Shown here in pieces: positions 16,646-26,124 of a stretch of DNA of 64,000 nt (positions are counted from its first letter, which is position 1; every line of letters begins with the position of its first letter). The notes under the pieces are model-generated. The model was not told the origin of the DNA. It ran no database searches and worked only from the letters and a program-made list of their open reading frames with translations. This stretch comes from a virus. Where the stretch lies: IMG/VR virus record IMGVR_UViG_3300002141_000156, positions 1 through 64,000 of that record; one strand, given 5' to 3'. The translations under genes and the position numbers were made by a program.

Positions 16646-19594
16646 ATGGCCGAACAAAGCATCAACCTAAATAATTTTCTGTCAAGTGGTGTTTATACTA
16701 TCGAAATTGACCAAAGCGAAAACATAGTACTTCCTCTTACCACAGGTAGACTAGTAGTGGGATCTAGCCGAGTTGGCCCATTCAACACTGTAGTTTTGGT
16801 CAGCGACATTAGAACACTAAGAGCAGTGTATGGCGAAATAGACCCAAAATTAGAAAAAGCTGGTAGTTTCTTCCATAGAACACTTGAAGTTGCTCTTAGA
16901 GAAGGTCCAGTATTTGCACTAAATGTAATTCCGCTTGACTCAAACGAAGACACCCAATTAAATCAGGACCAAGCGTATTTCACAACCTTCAACACTGAAG
17001 CTGCATCAAACAATAACGATCAAACAACTGTACTTGACCAGTACCCAATCGTTGAATTCTTCAATAGACGACGATTATGGTTTGCTGATTCTACTCAACT
17101 TAATCGCTCTAAAAATCTAGCTTTACAGGATGATTTTGTAACTAATCCTGGTGGATTTGGAACAAGTTCAATTACATCTAATAAAGTGTTGTCATTTGTA
17201 AACTTAGGAAACTCAAATGTGACTATTTGGGTTAGAAAAGCAGCTGTTGCTGGATTTGACGTAACTGCAAAAGAATGGTATTCTACCATTGCTGGATCAG
17301 ATATCGAATTTCCGACATTCCTTCACAAGGATGATTTTATCTCTGATTATTTTGTTGAAGTAATCGTAGTTAATGGCGACTGGACAAACTACTTAAAACT
17401 TGCAAAAGACCCAATTTATAAACAATTTTTTGATGAATCTGGATTGAAATCTTCAAAATCTGCAGATTTCTTTGCACTTCGTGAAATTAAAGTAATCGGC
17501 AGAACAGTTGGAACTTTAATTCCTGATTTCAAAGATCAACGTGGATTAACAGTATCAATCGATCGTCTAGTAAATAGACTATTTCCAACTACTGGACTTA
17601 TGTGTGCACTTGACGTTGAGAAATTAGACTTAATTGACTTAACGGAAGGAACATTTACTGATCAAGACGTTCATACTCACCGGGTGGATATGGTTGGTCA
17701 AGGATATGATGACTTAAACTTAGATGACGTATATGCAGCGGATGATGGAGGATTTAATCCTGATACTACAGCTGCTGATTTTACTCCATTAATTGATGTA
17801 TTAAGTTATTCTAGCCCAGCAGATTCTGAACTTATTTTTAAAATTACAGATGCTGATTCAGAAACTAACTTTAATGCTGGTACGGTAAACAGTAACCCAG
17901 TTGCAATAGGAGATTTATATGAAATTACTCCACTTGTTGGAGATACGTATCTTGCTGCAATGCAAGGAAGTACCTTATATAAGGCATATATAAAAGGATT
18001 CTTAAGAAATGGAGATATTGTTACAGATGGTATTAATAATTATTATGTAAAAGTTATTGATACTTTAACAAACGGAATTATTCCATATATTAAATTTGTT
18101 ACATATCAAGATATTTCTCTGATTAACCAAGACAATATTAATTCATATGTGGTAAGTGGTGATACTTATATCAAAGTCATTTTAGAAAATGGTGCTGATT
18201 TTAAACATACCTTTGATTTAACTACTGATTTCCTTGACTATACTATTTTACAACCTAACAAATTAATATTAGGAATTAACCTTGTAAATAAAGCGCTAGT
18301 TGATGAATTCCTTAAAGTAAACCAATATATTAAGGCAAAAACAACTAGTGGAAGAATTAGATTAGTTAAAATTATTTCTATTACTTCTACGACTGGGTTA
18401 AGTCCAGCTACTTTAGAGTACACAATTACGACAATGGTGCCGAGCACCGACGAAGTAATTGGATTAGATACGACCGGCGACACACTTCAAGTTTACAAAG
18501 GTATTTACAATTTTGTACCTACGTTAAAAGGACAATATGTAAGAGGATTTAAGATTAAGGATACGTCACTTCCTAATGGAACAGGAGATCGACAAAGCTC
18601 AATCTTATCGTACTTATTTACTGACACATCAATTCCACAAACTCTTGCAAATGGCGAAGTTGTAGACTTTAGATATGTTGTTGATACATATGAAGGTGAG
18701 ATTTCAAATAATTCTAAATATTACTTATCTAAACTTGCTGCAATGAATGGTCAAGCTATGGCGATCTTAAATTCACCATCAATTCAACAATTCGAAAGAT
18801 CAGTTGATCCAAGCTTTATCGATACAACAAACAAACTAGTTTCAGCAAGACTTATTGCAGCAGGTGGAGATCTTGCATTGAACCCAAGTCAATTGTTTAA
18901 ATTTGCAGAAGAAGATGTAAATGGAGTTCCATTATCTTCTTACTCAATGTTTAACTTTCCAAACTTTATTGTAAGAAGCGGAAGTAAAAACATCTCAGTT
19001 CCACCAGCTGGATATATTTCTAACCTATATGTTAGAAAATTCAAGAATGGTACACCATTCTTAATTGTTGCCGGAGGTAAACGTGGAGCAATTAATGATA
19101 TTGATGTAGTTGGACTTGAATATGATTTAACGGATGATGACAGAAATTTCTTAGAGCCAATTGGTCATAACCTAATTGTTAAGCGCCGAGGATTTGGTAT
19201 CTTGTTGTTCTCAAACAATACTGCATACCAACGAATTAACTCAGCGTTGAATAACGCTCACGTTCGTGATAACTTATCTACTATCGAAAACGATATTGAG
19301 AAGATACTTTTCAACTTCTTATTTGATTTTAACGATGAGATTACAAGAATGAGAGTTAAGACCATTGTTCAAAACTATTTAGATGCTGTTGTTTCAGCAC
19401 GAGGATTAAGTTCTTATACAATTACATTTGATTCATCAAACAATACGAATGAGGTGATTTCAGCAAATACTGCAATTATTGATATTAAAGTAGACTTCCC
19501 ACGCGGAATCCACAAATTTATCAATCGAATTACGATCACTCGAGTTGGAGGTTCATTAAGTTCCGAATCTACTGGATTTATTCCAAGCTTCTAA
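16646..19594 (+). CDS. contractile tail sheath protein (gp18-like) with large insertion domains
   Basis: N-terminal SSGVYTIEIDQS; C-terminal VPPAGY, AGGKRG, ALNNAHVR, FLFDFND, FDSSNNTNEVI. Confidence 0.9.
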   Translation: MAEQSINLNNFLSSGVYTIEIDQSENIVLPLTTGRLVVGSSRVGPFNTVVLVSDIRTLRAVYGEIDPKLEKAGSFFHRTLEVALREGPVFALNVIPLDSNEDTQLNQDQAYFTTFNTEAASNNNDQTTVLDQYPIVEFFNRRRLWFADSTQLNRSKNLALQDDFVTNPGGFGTSSITSNKVLSFVNLGNSNVTIWVRKAAVAGFDVTAKEWYSTIAGSDIEFPTFLHKDDFISDYFVEVIVVNGDWTNYLKLAKDPIYKQFFDESGLKSSKSADFFALREIKVIGRTVGTLIPDFKDQRGLTVSIDRLVNRLFPTTGLMCALDVEKLDLIDLTEGTFTDQDVHTHRVDMVGQGYDDLNLDDVYAADDGGFNPDTTAADFTPLIDVLSYSSPADSELIFKITDADSETNFNAGTVNSNPVAIGDLYEITPLVGDTYLAAMQGSTLYKAYIKGFLRNGDIVTDGINNYYVKVIDTLTNGIIPYIKFVTYQDISLINQDNINSYVVSGDTYIKVILENGADFKHTFDLTTDFLDYTILQPNKLILGINLVNKALVDEFLKVNQYIKAKTTSGRIRLVKIISITSTTGLSPATLEYTITTMVPSTDEVIGLDTTGDTLQVYKGIYNFVPTLKGQYVRGFKIKDTSLPNGTGDRQSSILSYLFTDTSIPQTLANGEVVDFRYVVDTYEGEISNNSKYYLSKLAAMNGQAMAILNSPSIQQFERSVDPSFIDTTNKLVSARLIAAGGDLALNPSQLFKFAEEDVNGVPLSSYSMFNFPNFIVRSGSKNISVPPAGYISNLYVRKFKNGTPFLIVAGGKRGAINDIDVVGLEYDLTDDDRNFLEPIGHNLIVKRRGFGILLFSNNTAYQRINSALNNAHVRDNLSTIENDIEKILFNFLFDFNDEITRMRVKTIVQNYLDAVVSARGLSSYTITFDSSNNTNEVISANTAIIDIKVDFPRGIHKFINRITITRVGGSLSSESTGFIPSF

Positions 19595-19611
19595 TACTGA
19601 CGTCTAATAAC

Positions 19612-19644
19612 AAAAAAGGAGAAGATTTTATCTTCTCCTTTTTT
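19612..19644. terminator. bidirectional intrinsic terminator
   Basis: Perfect 15-bp inverted repeat aaaaaaggagaagat-ttt-atcttctcctttttt between convergent genes. Confidence 0.9.
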
Positions 19645-19927
19645 ATTTAAGAGTGTCAGCTAGAGACGGTTCGATATTGGGATGAATTATTAAACTATCC
19701 GGAGATGCCGTTTTTCTTTTTGGTTTAAGAGTAGGATGTTCTATCCAAATAGTATCATGAATGATCTTTGGTATAGGCGGCTGAATCGTAATTTGAATAA
19801 CTTTTTTTTCTTTGGTCGGAACATCTACTGATGTCATAATTCCAACAATGATTGAAATTATGATAATTCCTAGTGGAAGACCAATAATTGTAATTCCTGT
19901 ATAAAACAAAGCATCAGATGGGCGCAC
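19643..19927 (-). CDS. hypothetical single-pass membrane protein
   Basis: Hydrophobic N-terminal segment and Pro-rich tail. Confidence 0.6.
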   Translation of the reverse strand: MRPSDALFYTGITIIGLPLGIIIISIIVGIMTSVDVPTKEKKVIQITIQPPIPKIIHDTIWIEHPTLKPKRKTASPDSLIIHPNIEPSLADTLK

Positions 19928-20342
19928 TAGTTAGAGTTTTATAGATGTTACTTAATGAATGCTTTACATTTGATCTGATTTCAGTCTCCATAGCATCTCT
20001 ACGCTTTTCAACTTCAATATCGAATATATTTACAAGTAGTTGTTGCGTTTTTCCCCAAACAATAATATTGTAACTATATGTATGGTTAACAATTGTTATT
20101 TGATCTAATTGAATAATCACAAAGAGTTGGCTATCTTCTGCCTTGATATATCGTTTACCTGAAATTGGAGAGATTAAGAGAATACTATCTGCTTTAGAAA
20201 TTAATGCCTTACATACAGCAATACATTCTTTTTCATAGTCGCTAGGTTCTCTAGTATCTTTTGGTGTAAGTAATCGCAACCATTTAATTGCAAGGAACTG
20301 AAGACTTCGTCTAATTTTGTGTTTCATATTATTCAAATTCAT
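19914..20342 (-). CDS. hypothetical protein
   Basis: 142-aa ORF in operon. Confidence 0.7.
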   Translation of the reverse strand: MNLNNMKHKIRRSLQFLAIKWLRLLTPKDTREPSDYEKECIAVCKALISKADSILLISPISGKRYIKAEDSQLFVIIQLDQITIVNHTYSYNIIVWGKTQQLLVNIFDIEVEKRRDAMETEIRSNVKHSLSNIYKTLTSAPI

Positions 20343-20628
20343 CTAGACGAATTTCAGATTCATCATCTAAAATTGCAATAACTTCATTTGACATAATTAT
20401 GTAATGTGGCTCACCTTTGTAGTTGAGTTCAAGTCCAGCATACCGATTATGCAAGATAAGATCCCCTGGTTTTACTAGCATTGGATTATTAATTGAACCG
20501 TCTCCGCATGAAATAACAGTACCGACATTTGGTCGCTTTACCGCTTTCTCAGGCAACATAATTCCGCCTTGAGTTTTGGTTTCTTTTCCCTTTGGTTTAA
20601 CTAGGATTCTCTCGTATACTGGTTTCAT
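20329..20628 (-). CDS. groES: co-chaperonin GroES
   Basis: MKPVYERILVK, KTQGGIMLP mobile loop, VKPGD, YAGLE, VIAIL. Confidence 0.95.
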   Translation of the reverse strand: MKPVYERILVKPKGKETKTQGGIMLPEKAVKRPNVGTVISCGDGSINNPMLVKPGDLILHNRYAGLELNYKGEPHYIIMSNEVIAILDDESEIRLDEFE

Positions 20629-21764
20629 AATGTAGATAAATTATTTTTAAGAGCTATAAATTCTTTTAAATGGAATTTTAGCGGGTGATATTCTTTAAAG
20701 AACGACACTAGGACGTCTTGGATTTCATCTGGGAAAACTTTAGTAGCTAGACGTATTATCTTAATATTAAAAAGTAAATGGTCTCTAAGTTCCTTAATTT
20801 TATCCTGATCAGCTAGCTTGTTTATTATACTAATTTCTTCTAATACTGTTAAAATAAATTCTTCATTTAAGTCATCTAATAGTGAAATTAGTGATTCTCC
20901 AAACCTTGACTGAAGAGATTCAATAACTTTGGTGGCTTTTGCCGGTGAAATATTCGTAATCTTTGGAATATTATCGGACTTATCACCTAATAAAATCTTA
21001 GTCAAAACTTCATGTGAAAGATCAACTGGATGCTCGACATAATCTTTATTAAGAAACGACTTGATGATTTTATCAGTTGATGTTCCAGCAATATGTGCAT
21101 CATTTAATGAAAAGAAATCGTCAACTTCTTCATCTGCCATTTCTGGAATAAGAGTCGGCGGCACAAATATCTTTTTTGTTTTACTCATTTGTTTTGGAAC
21201 GATAAGTAGCACGTTCTTGTTTGGTATTCCAACTAGTTGTTTTAAGTCCTGATCTACTGAATACACCAAGATATCTTGAGATAATTTTTCACATAGATAT
21301 GCGATTATATCGTCACCCTCAGTCCCTTTAAATCGATAATGGTTTACTCCACATTTTTCATTTAGTGCAGGAATGATCACCTGTTGAAAATAATCAAAAA
21401 ATAGATAGTGATGGTCATCATATTTTCGGTTTCCTTTGTACTTAAATTCTACTGGAGCAGAAGTAGTTGTAAATGTTGACTTTTCAAAAAAGGAATTGGT
21501 ATATTCCTTTCTCCAGCTTTTTGAATCAAACACAAAATGCACGCTACCGAGAGATGTCCCGATAGGTGCAATTAGTGAATTTAAGTAGGTAAAACTAAAG
21601 TTTCTAAATGAAACTCGAATATGCTCCTTAAGCATGAAACCACCATCATTAAATAAATCGTTGACATAGTATGCATCAGCAGTGCGCTTGTCCTTCATTG
21701 CAAGCGATTTAGTTACGCTAATTGCAACATTTATAAAGGCATTTCCATCAACTATTAAATCCAT
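20625..21764 (-). CDS. rnh: 5'-3' exonuclease / RNase H (T4 rnh, FEN-like)
   Basis: LIVDGN, FVFDS, YKGNR, EGDDIIA, SVDQDLKQL, LLGDKSDNIP. Confidence 0.9.
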   Translation of the reverse strand: MDLIVDGNAFINVAISVTKSLAMKDKRTADAYYVNDLFNDGGFMLKEHIRVSFRNFSFTYLNSLIAPIGTSLGSVHFVFDSKSWRKEYTNSFFEKSTFTTTSAPVEFKYKGNRKYDDHHYLFFDYFQQVIIPALNEKCGVNHYRFKGTEGDDIIAYLCEKLSQDILVYSVDQDLKQLVGIPNKNVLLIVPKQMSKTKKIFVPPTLIPEMADEEVDDFFSLNDAHIAGTSTDKIIKSFLNKDYVEHPVDLSHEVLTKILLGDKSDNIPKITNISPAKATKVIESLQSRFGESLISLLDDLNEEFILTVLEEISIINKLADQDKIKELRDHLLFNIKIIRLATKVFPDEIQDVLVSFFKEYHPLKFHLKEFIALKNNLSTL

Positions 21765-21765
21765 A

Positions 21766-22083
21766 TTATTCTGGTTTTATGGGGTCATTACTCTCTTGTA
21801 CTGGTTTAGAATTTTTACGGATTGTCCGAACTGCATTTGCCATAACTTCAGATTCCAAAATAGTGAATGAGCCTTTTGCTTGAGCAAAATTTGCAGATGC
21901 GATTAAAACAAATAGTGCTTGACTAAGATTCATATTGTGAATGAAATTTTCATACGATTCATCATCCCTATAAGATATAGTACCAAATAATAGATTGGCT
22001 TTTAACTGTTCATCACTCAGTTGGTTGTTTTCAACCTCTGGTGTTGATTCGGGCTTATATTCAAATTCTTGTACTTTTGACAT
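21766..22083 (-). CDS. hypothetical protein
   Basis: 105-aa ORF between gp32 and rnh. Confidence 0.7.
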   Translation of the reverse strand: MSKVQEFEYKPESTPEVENNQLSDEQLKANLLFGTISYRDDESYENFIHNMNLSQALFVLIASANFAQAKGSFTILESEVMANAVRTIRKNSKPVQESNDPIKPE

Positions 22084-22097
22084 TTATTCTGATTTTT

Positions 22098-23126
22098 TTA
22101 TAGGTCTTTAAATAGAGCATCATATTCATCAGCTTCTGCTGTTGCAGCAGTTGCAGAAGGAGCAGAAGAGCGCTGTGAATTATCGGACGGAGTAGATACA
22201 CTTGTTCCAAAATCTAAGTCTTCTTTAGTCGATGATGTTGGGTTATTTGACTTAATTGGTCGCATTTTTCCACGAACTAAAGCATTCATTTTCTGGTCTT
22301 TGCTCTTTTCAAGAATCATGTCCAAAATAGGTCTTTGTGGAATAGCGGCAAGAATTGCTTCTGCTACTTTTTCAAAGGTTTCTTCTGCCCAGTCTTGGTG
22401 GTAATACTCATCCATTTTTGGAGTATTCTTCAATAAGAACTCATTAACCAATTTAATTGATTTTTCTTCGTTCTTAACTTGAACCAATTTATCACCAATT
22501 TTAAAGATAAATGGAGTTACTTCGTCCATGAATTTACATTTTGACCAGTCTCTGAAATCTTTGGTCTTTTTACCAACAATACATAAGAAGTCCTTTCCTT
22601 CAAGTAAATGGTAAGGATTGATTTTCTTAATTCCTTCAAGTCCTTCTAATTCTTCAGGATGCATTTGCGCTTCAATCACTTGATCGATTTGATTTCTGAA
22701 TTTAAAGATTTTAATTGTTCCTTCAAGGTCAGCGCGTTGTGGGTCTTTTTTGACGTATACCGCTGAGTGATGTGTGTACCATCTTGAGAAATTTCTTCCA
22801 ATTTCTTCAACTACTTCTGGTTCTTCTTTTTTAAGAGAACGTAGAACTGATTCAATTGTCCAAAGAATAGATGGTTGTCCAGTATTTGATGGACAATCAA
22901 TTATTAATGACTCTTTAGTTAATGGATTCCAAAACTTAGCAGAATACTTGGTATACTTACTTTTCGTTTTGTCGAAAATATAAGGAACATACCTAAATAC
23001 TGATTTGTAGGAACCATTGTGTGCATTTGGATCCGGATCGTAAACGTTCGGATCAGTCTTTTTTGTTTTTTGTGCATTCTTTCCTTTTGAGAATGCATCC
23101 TCAGGTAGATCAAAAAAATCTGTCAT
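22098..23126 (-). CDS. single-stranded DNA-binding protein (T4 gp32-like)
   Basis: VYVKKDPQRADLEGTIKIFKF, NPYHLLEGKDF, DWSKCKF, acidic tail EADEYDALFKDL. Confidence 0.85.
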   Translation of the reverse strand: MTDFFDLPEDAFSKGKNAQKTKKTDPNVYDPDPNAHNGSYKSVFRYVPYIFDKTKSKYTKYSAKFWNPLTKESLIIDCPSNTGQPSILWTIESVLRSLKKEEPEVVEEIGRNFSRWYTHHSAVYVKKDPQRADLEGTIKIFKFRNQIDQVIEAQMHPEELEGLEGIKKINPYHLLEGKDFLCIVGKKTKDFRDWSKCKFMDEVTPFIFKIGDKLVQVKNEEKSIKLVNEFLLKNTPKMDEYYHQDWAEETFEKVAEAILAAIPQRPILDMILEKSKDQKMNALVRGKMRPIKSNNPTSSTKEDLDFGTSVSTPSDNSQRSSAPSATAATAEADEYDALFKDL

Positions 23127-23159
23127 AGTGTGTATATTTTATATGTTTATTTGAAATTC

Positions 23160-23185
23160 TTGTACTAGCTATTTGATATAAGTTT
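23160..23185 (-). promoter_or_regulatory. putative early/middle promoter AAAC-N16-GTACAA
   Basis: Recurring bipartite motif, upstream of gp32. Confidence 0.55.
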
Positions 23186-23197
23186 TAGTTTAGACAA

Positions 23198-23224
23198 AAA
23201 AATGCCTCAAAATGAGGCATTTTT
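23198..23224 (-). terminator. intrinsic terminator after the Hc1-like gene
   Basis: aaaaatgcctca-aaa-tgaggcattttt inverted repeat. Confidence 0.8.
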
Positions 23225-23243
23225 AAAAATTTAAGATAACTTC

Positions 23244-23513
23244 TTATTTTGTTTTTGATTCTTCAATCAATTTTTCACGAAGTGCTTTTGCAGACACTTG
23301 GATAATTGTCATCTGTGCTTTAACTGCAGGATGCTTAATTGATTTTCTAATGTCTTGCATTTTCTTTTTTAAGCGATTTCCAGCACTACGTATACTCTTT
23401 CCATAGTACTTCTGAGAATCTTCTTCAGCGGAAGCAAGAATTGTGTTAATTGGATCAAAGATTGCAGATTGTGCAGCCGCTACTTCTTCCTTTAATTTTT
23501 CAAACTGATTCAT
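23244..23513 (-). CDS. histone H1-like (Hc1-family) basic DNA-binding protein
   Basis: EDSQKYYGKSIRSAGNRLKKKMQD resembles the Hc1 core (DxxKFxxKGNKAAGTRxRK); Lys/Ala-rich. Confidence 0.6.
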   Translation of the reverse strand: MNQFEKLKEEVAAAQSAIFDPINTILASAEEDSQKYYGKSIRSAGNRLKKKMQDIRKSIKHPAVKAQMTIIQVSAKALREKLIEESKTK

Positions 23514-23532
23514 ATTGATAATTTTTGATATC

Positions 23533-23558
23533 TTATACTCAGCTGGCTAGCTTAGTTT
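23533..23558 (-). promoter_or_regulatory. putative early/middle promoter AAAC-N16-GTATAA
   Basis: Recurring motif, upstream of the Hc1-like gene. Confidence 0.55.
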
Positions 23559-24307
23559 TATAGCGAATTCACTATTTTATCAACTTTATTAGAAAAAGTT
23601 GCGTCTGGGTAACGACCTAGGGCATATTTTACCCATGTTTCAAGTACAATTTGATATTCATCAGCGGTTATGTACTTAGATTGTACAAATGGCTGTAAAT
23701 AATCAGCAAATACATAATCTAGTGGAGTTTCAAGATATTGTGACCGAGCATACATGCCCTCAACCATTGACTCAACCTCATCGTTAAGTAAAAAATACTT
23801 ATAGTTCTTCTTTGCGGCACCGCGAGTCTTAGAATCTGATGGGTTTTCAGTAAATGGGTCTTTTTGAATTCCAACTTGATCGACATGGTTAAGTTCATGT
23901 GTCAAAATATCGATTATTCTAGCGTGCAGCATCTCATATAATCCAGGCTCGGCCTTTGGATTCATAATAAGAGTTATAATTATTTCAGGAATCATTAAAT
24001 CGCCACTATTGACTTTGGTATTTGCGTCAATACAATACCCATGCTTAGAATAATTAAGTTGCTCCCATGGTAAATTCTTAAAGTGTTCATCTGATTTAAC
24101 AGTTAATGTAGAATCTCTTCGTAATTCAAGTTTTAAATCAAATGAAAATGGCTCTCTAAATTCCATACCACCAAATGTCTCATAGTGATCTGACTCTTGG
24201 CCATGAGCAGCGCGTATCTTTTTAATTAGCTTTTGAGCAAGATCTTTAATAAAATCTTGTTTGAAGTCATCTGACTCGTTTATAAAAGAGGTGAATGATT
24301 TAAGCAC
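23558..24307 (-). CDS. putative internal head protein with HExxH metallopeptidase-like motif
   Basis: N-terminal LKSFTSFINE; THELNHVDQ followed by DEVES. Confidence 0.55.
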   Translation of the reverse strand: MLKSFTSFINESDDFKQDFIKDLAQKLIKKIRAAHGQESDHYETFGGMEFREPFSFDLKLELRRDSTLTVKSDEHFKNLPWEQLNYSKHGYCIDANTKVNSGDLMIPEIIITLIMNPKAEPGLYEMLHARIIDILTHELNHVDQVGIQKDPFTENPSDSKTRGAAKKNYKYFLLNDEVESMVEGMYARSQYLETPLDYVFADYLQPFVQSKYITADEYQIVLETWVKYALGRYPDATFSNKVDKIVNSL

Positions 24308-24798
24308 TATTTCTTATGTTTTATAAAGGTGACTTTCATGTCATCTGTTGTAGGCGAGCCGTCTTTTGTGAAGATGATTTGAATCTCTGGTTCACGAGTT
24401 CCAAAAATATTTGATGAAACTGCATTTTTTAACTTTTCAATAAATGGTAAATCATCGTCTCCAATATTTACTTTGTCTCCAGTTACGATATTTACTATAT
24501 TTGTACGACGGAGTTCAAGAACAGTATCTGAAATCTTATTTTTACTAGTAGACTGTATGTTTTTATCTGCCCACTCTTTAATTTCTTCAGGAGTAACCGA
24601 ATATGATGGAAAATCAACTGCCATGCTACCATCTGGGTATTTTCGTTTACGAATATTATCGCTATCTGCATCATCAATAAAGATAAAATGTAAGTGCTGT
24701 GCTTTCTTTGGAGCTGCAGAAGCTTCCATTCCTGGCATAGCTGCTGCCATGTCCTGTTCAAAAAGAAAGCTATAAAATCCTTTAATATGTTTCTTCAT
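24307..24798 (-). CDS. putative internal head protein
   Basis: N-terminal KKHIKGFYSFLFEQ; late motif GATAAATAA at 24824-24832. Confidence 0.55.
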   Translation of the reverse strand: MKKHIKGFYSFLFEQDMAAAMPGMEASAAPKKAQHLHFIFIDDADSDNIRKRKYPDGSMAVDFPSYSVTPEEIKEWADKNIQSTSKNKISDTVLELRRTNIVNIVTGDKVNIGDDDLPFIEKLKNAVSSNIFGTREPEIQIIFTKDGSPTTDDMKVTFIKHKK

Positions 24799-24838
24799 AG
24801 TTAGTTAATATTTACGTTCTATATTATTTATCTAAATA

Positions 24839-24870
24839 AAAAAGCAGCAATATTAATATTGCTGCTTTTT
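24839..24870 (-). terminator. terminator-like 32-bp perfect palindrome after the S1-like gene
   Basis: aaaaagcagcaatatt|aatattgctgcttttt. Confidence 0.8.
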
Positions 24871-24891
24871 AGATTACTACTATATTTGGCA

Positions 24892-26076
24892 CTATTGAAC
24901 AAGTTCAGCAGATTCAACAAATTCAAATTTAAGTCTCTTATTGATTGGATCAACTTTGAAAACTTTAACTAATGGATATCTGGTTAGATTTTTTTCAAGA
25001 TCCTTACGTCTTAGTGAAACTTCAAAGTTTTCGCCATCGATATCAATTGAAATTGAGCTCTTGTTATCACTTACGCTGTAATTAAAGCAGTGATTTTCAG
25101 TTCGATTACGAAGAGATTGCCATTGCAGTTTATCATTGCTTACCTGATCTTTATTTAAGGTAAGAACAACACGATATTGTGTTCCCTTAGTCGTTACGTC
25201 CTTTACATACACATTAAGTTTATCACCAGACTTCATAGTTTTACAAATTTCATCGTAATTTTTGAACTCAGATTTATGGACAAGTCCAGTATAATATCCT
25301 TCAAATTCTACAAATACTCCAAACTCATATGGGCGATTTGTTAGAGTTCCTACATACTCTTTATCAAAGTGTAGTTCGCTAATCATTGTTGGCATAGAGT
25401 TAGTAACATATTTCTTATATGAAAGAATGAATAGGTTATTTGACGCATCATAATTATCAACCATCACAGTAAGTGTCTTGCCAAGCAATTCACTAAAGTC
25501 GCGCACAACATTTGCAGCAGCATGTGATCCAGGAATGAAACAGGCAATCTCATTTTTGTAGATTGCAAGATATCCACCTTTGATTAATTTGGTTATTTTA
25601 ACATCAAACCAAGTATTATCCTTAAGGTGATTAAACAACTCCTGTTTATATGAGATAGAAAGTGCTTTCTTTTCAGAAGCAAAAAATTCTCCATATCCAG
25701 ATGATTTGTACACAATAACTAGGAACGTGCGCTGTTGTTCGTTTGTCACTAATGTTTCCAAAGGTTTTGAGTATTCTTTAAAAGGAATAGTAACCGTGCA
25801 TTTAGTATTTACTTCTTCTGCAAGAATATTATTATCTGTATATGAAATATTTTTTGCAGTTACTGTATAGACTGTGCCCTCTACTAAATCTTTGCCCATA
25901 AGCGTACGGCCACTAGATTTATCATACGCGATCATTGCATCATATAGCTCTTGAGCATAGTCTTCTTTACAGAAAACTTTAACACGATTGCGTTTATCTT
26001 CTTCAGTTAATTTTATGGAAGTATTGTACTTTCCGGTGTTTTGAAAGATGCTATCATCTATTAATTGTTCAGTCAT
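24892..26076 (-). CDS. rpsA: ribosomal protein S1 (bS1)-like protein with tandem S1 domains
   Basis: KGGYLA...FIPGSH...VRDFSELLGKTL.V.V...NNLFILSYK (S1 D2-like) and EFGVFVEF.G..GLVHKSE....GDKLNVYV (D3-like). Confidence 0.78.
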   Translation of the reverse strand: MTEQLIDDSIFQNTGKYNTSIKLTEEDKRNRVKVFCKEDYAQELYDAMIAYDKSSGRTLMGKDLVEGTVYTVTAKNISYTDNNILAEEVNTKCTVTIPFKEYSKPLETLVTNEQQRTFLVIVYKSSGYGEFFASEKKALSISYKQELFNHLKDNTWFDVKITKLIKGGYLAIYKNEIACFIPGSHAAANVVRDFSELLGKTLTVMVDNYDASNNLFILSYKKYVTNSMPTMISELHFDKEYVGTLTNRPYEFGVFVEFEGYYTGLVHKSEFKNYDEICKTMKSGDKLNVYVKDVTTKGTQYRVVLTLNKDQVSNDKLQWQSLRNRTENHCFNYSVSDNKSSISIDIDGENFEVSLRRKDLEKNLTRYPLVKVFKVDPINKRLKFEFVESAELVQ

Positions 26077-26097
26077 ATTTTGGTTGTTGATATTAAA

Positions 26098-26124
26098 TTA
26101 TACACCTGAAGTATATAATGGTTT
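26098..26124 (-). promoter_or_regulatory. putative early/middle promoter AAAC-N17-GTATAA
   Basis: Recurring motif, upstream of the S1-like gene. Confidence 0.55.
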
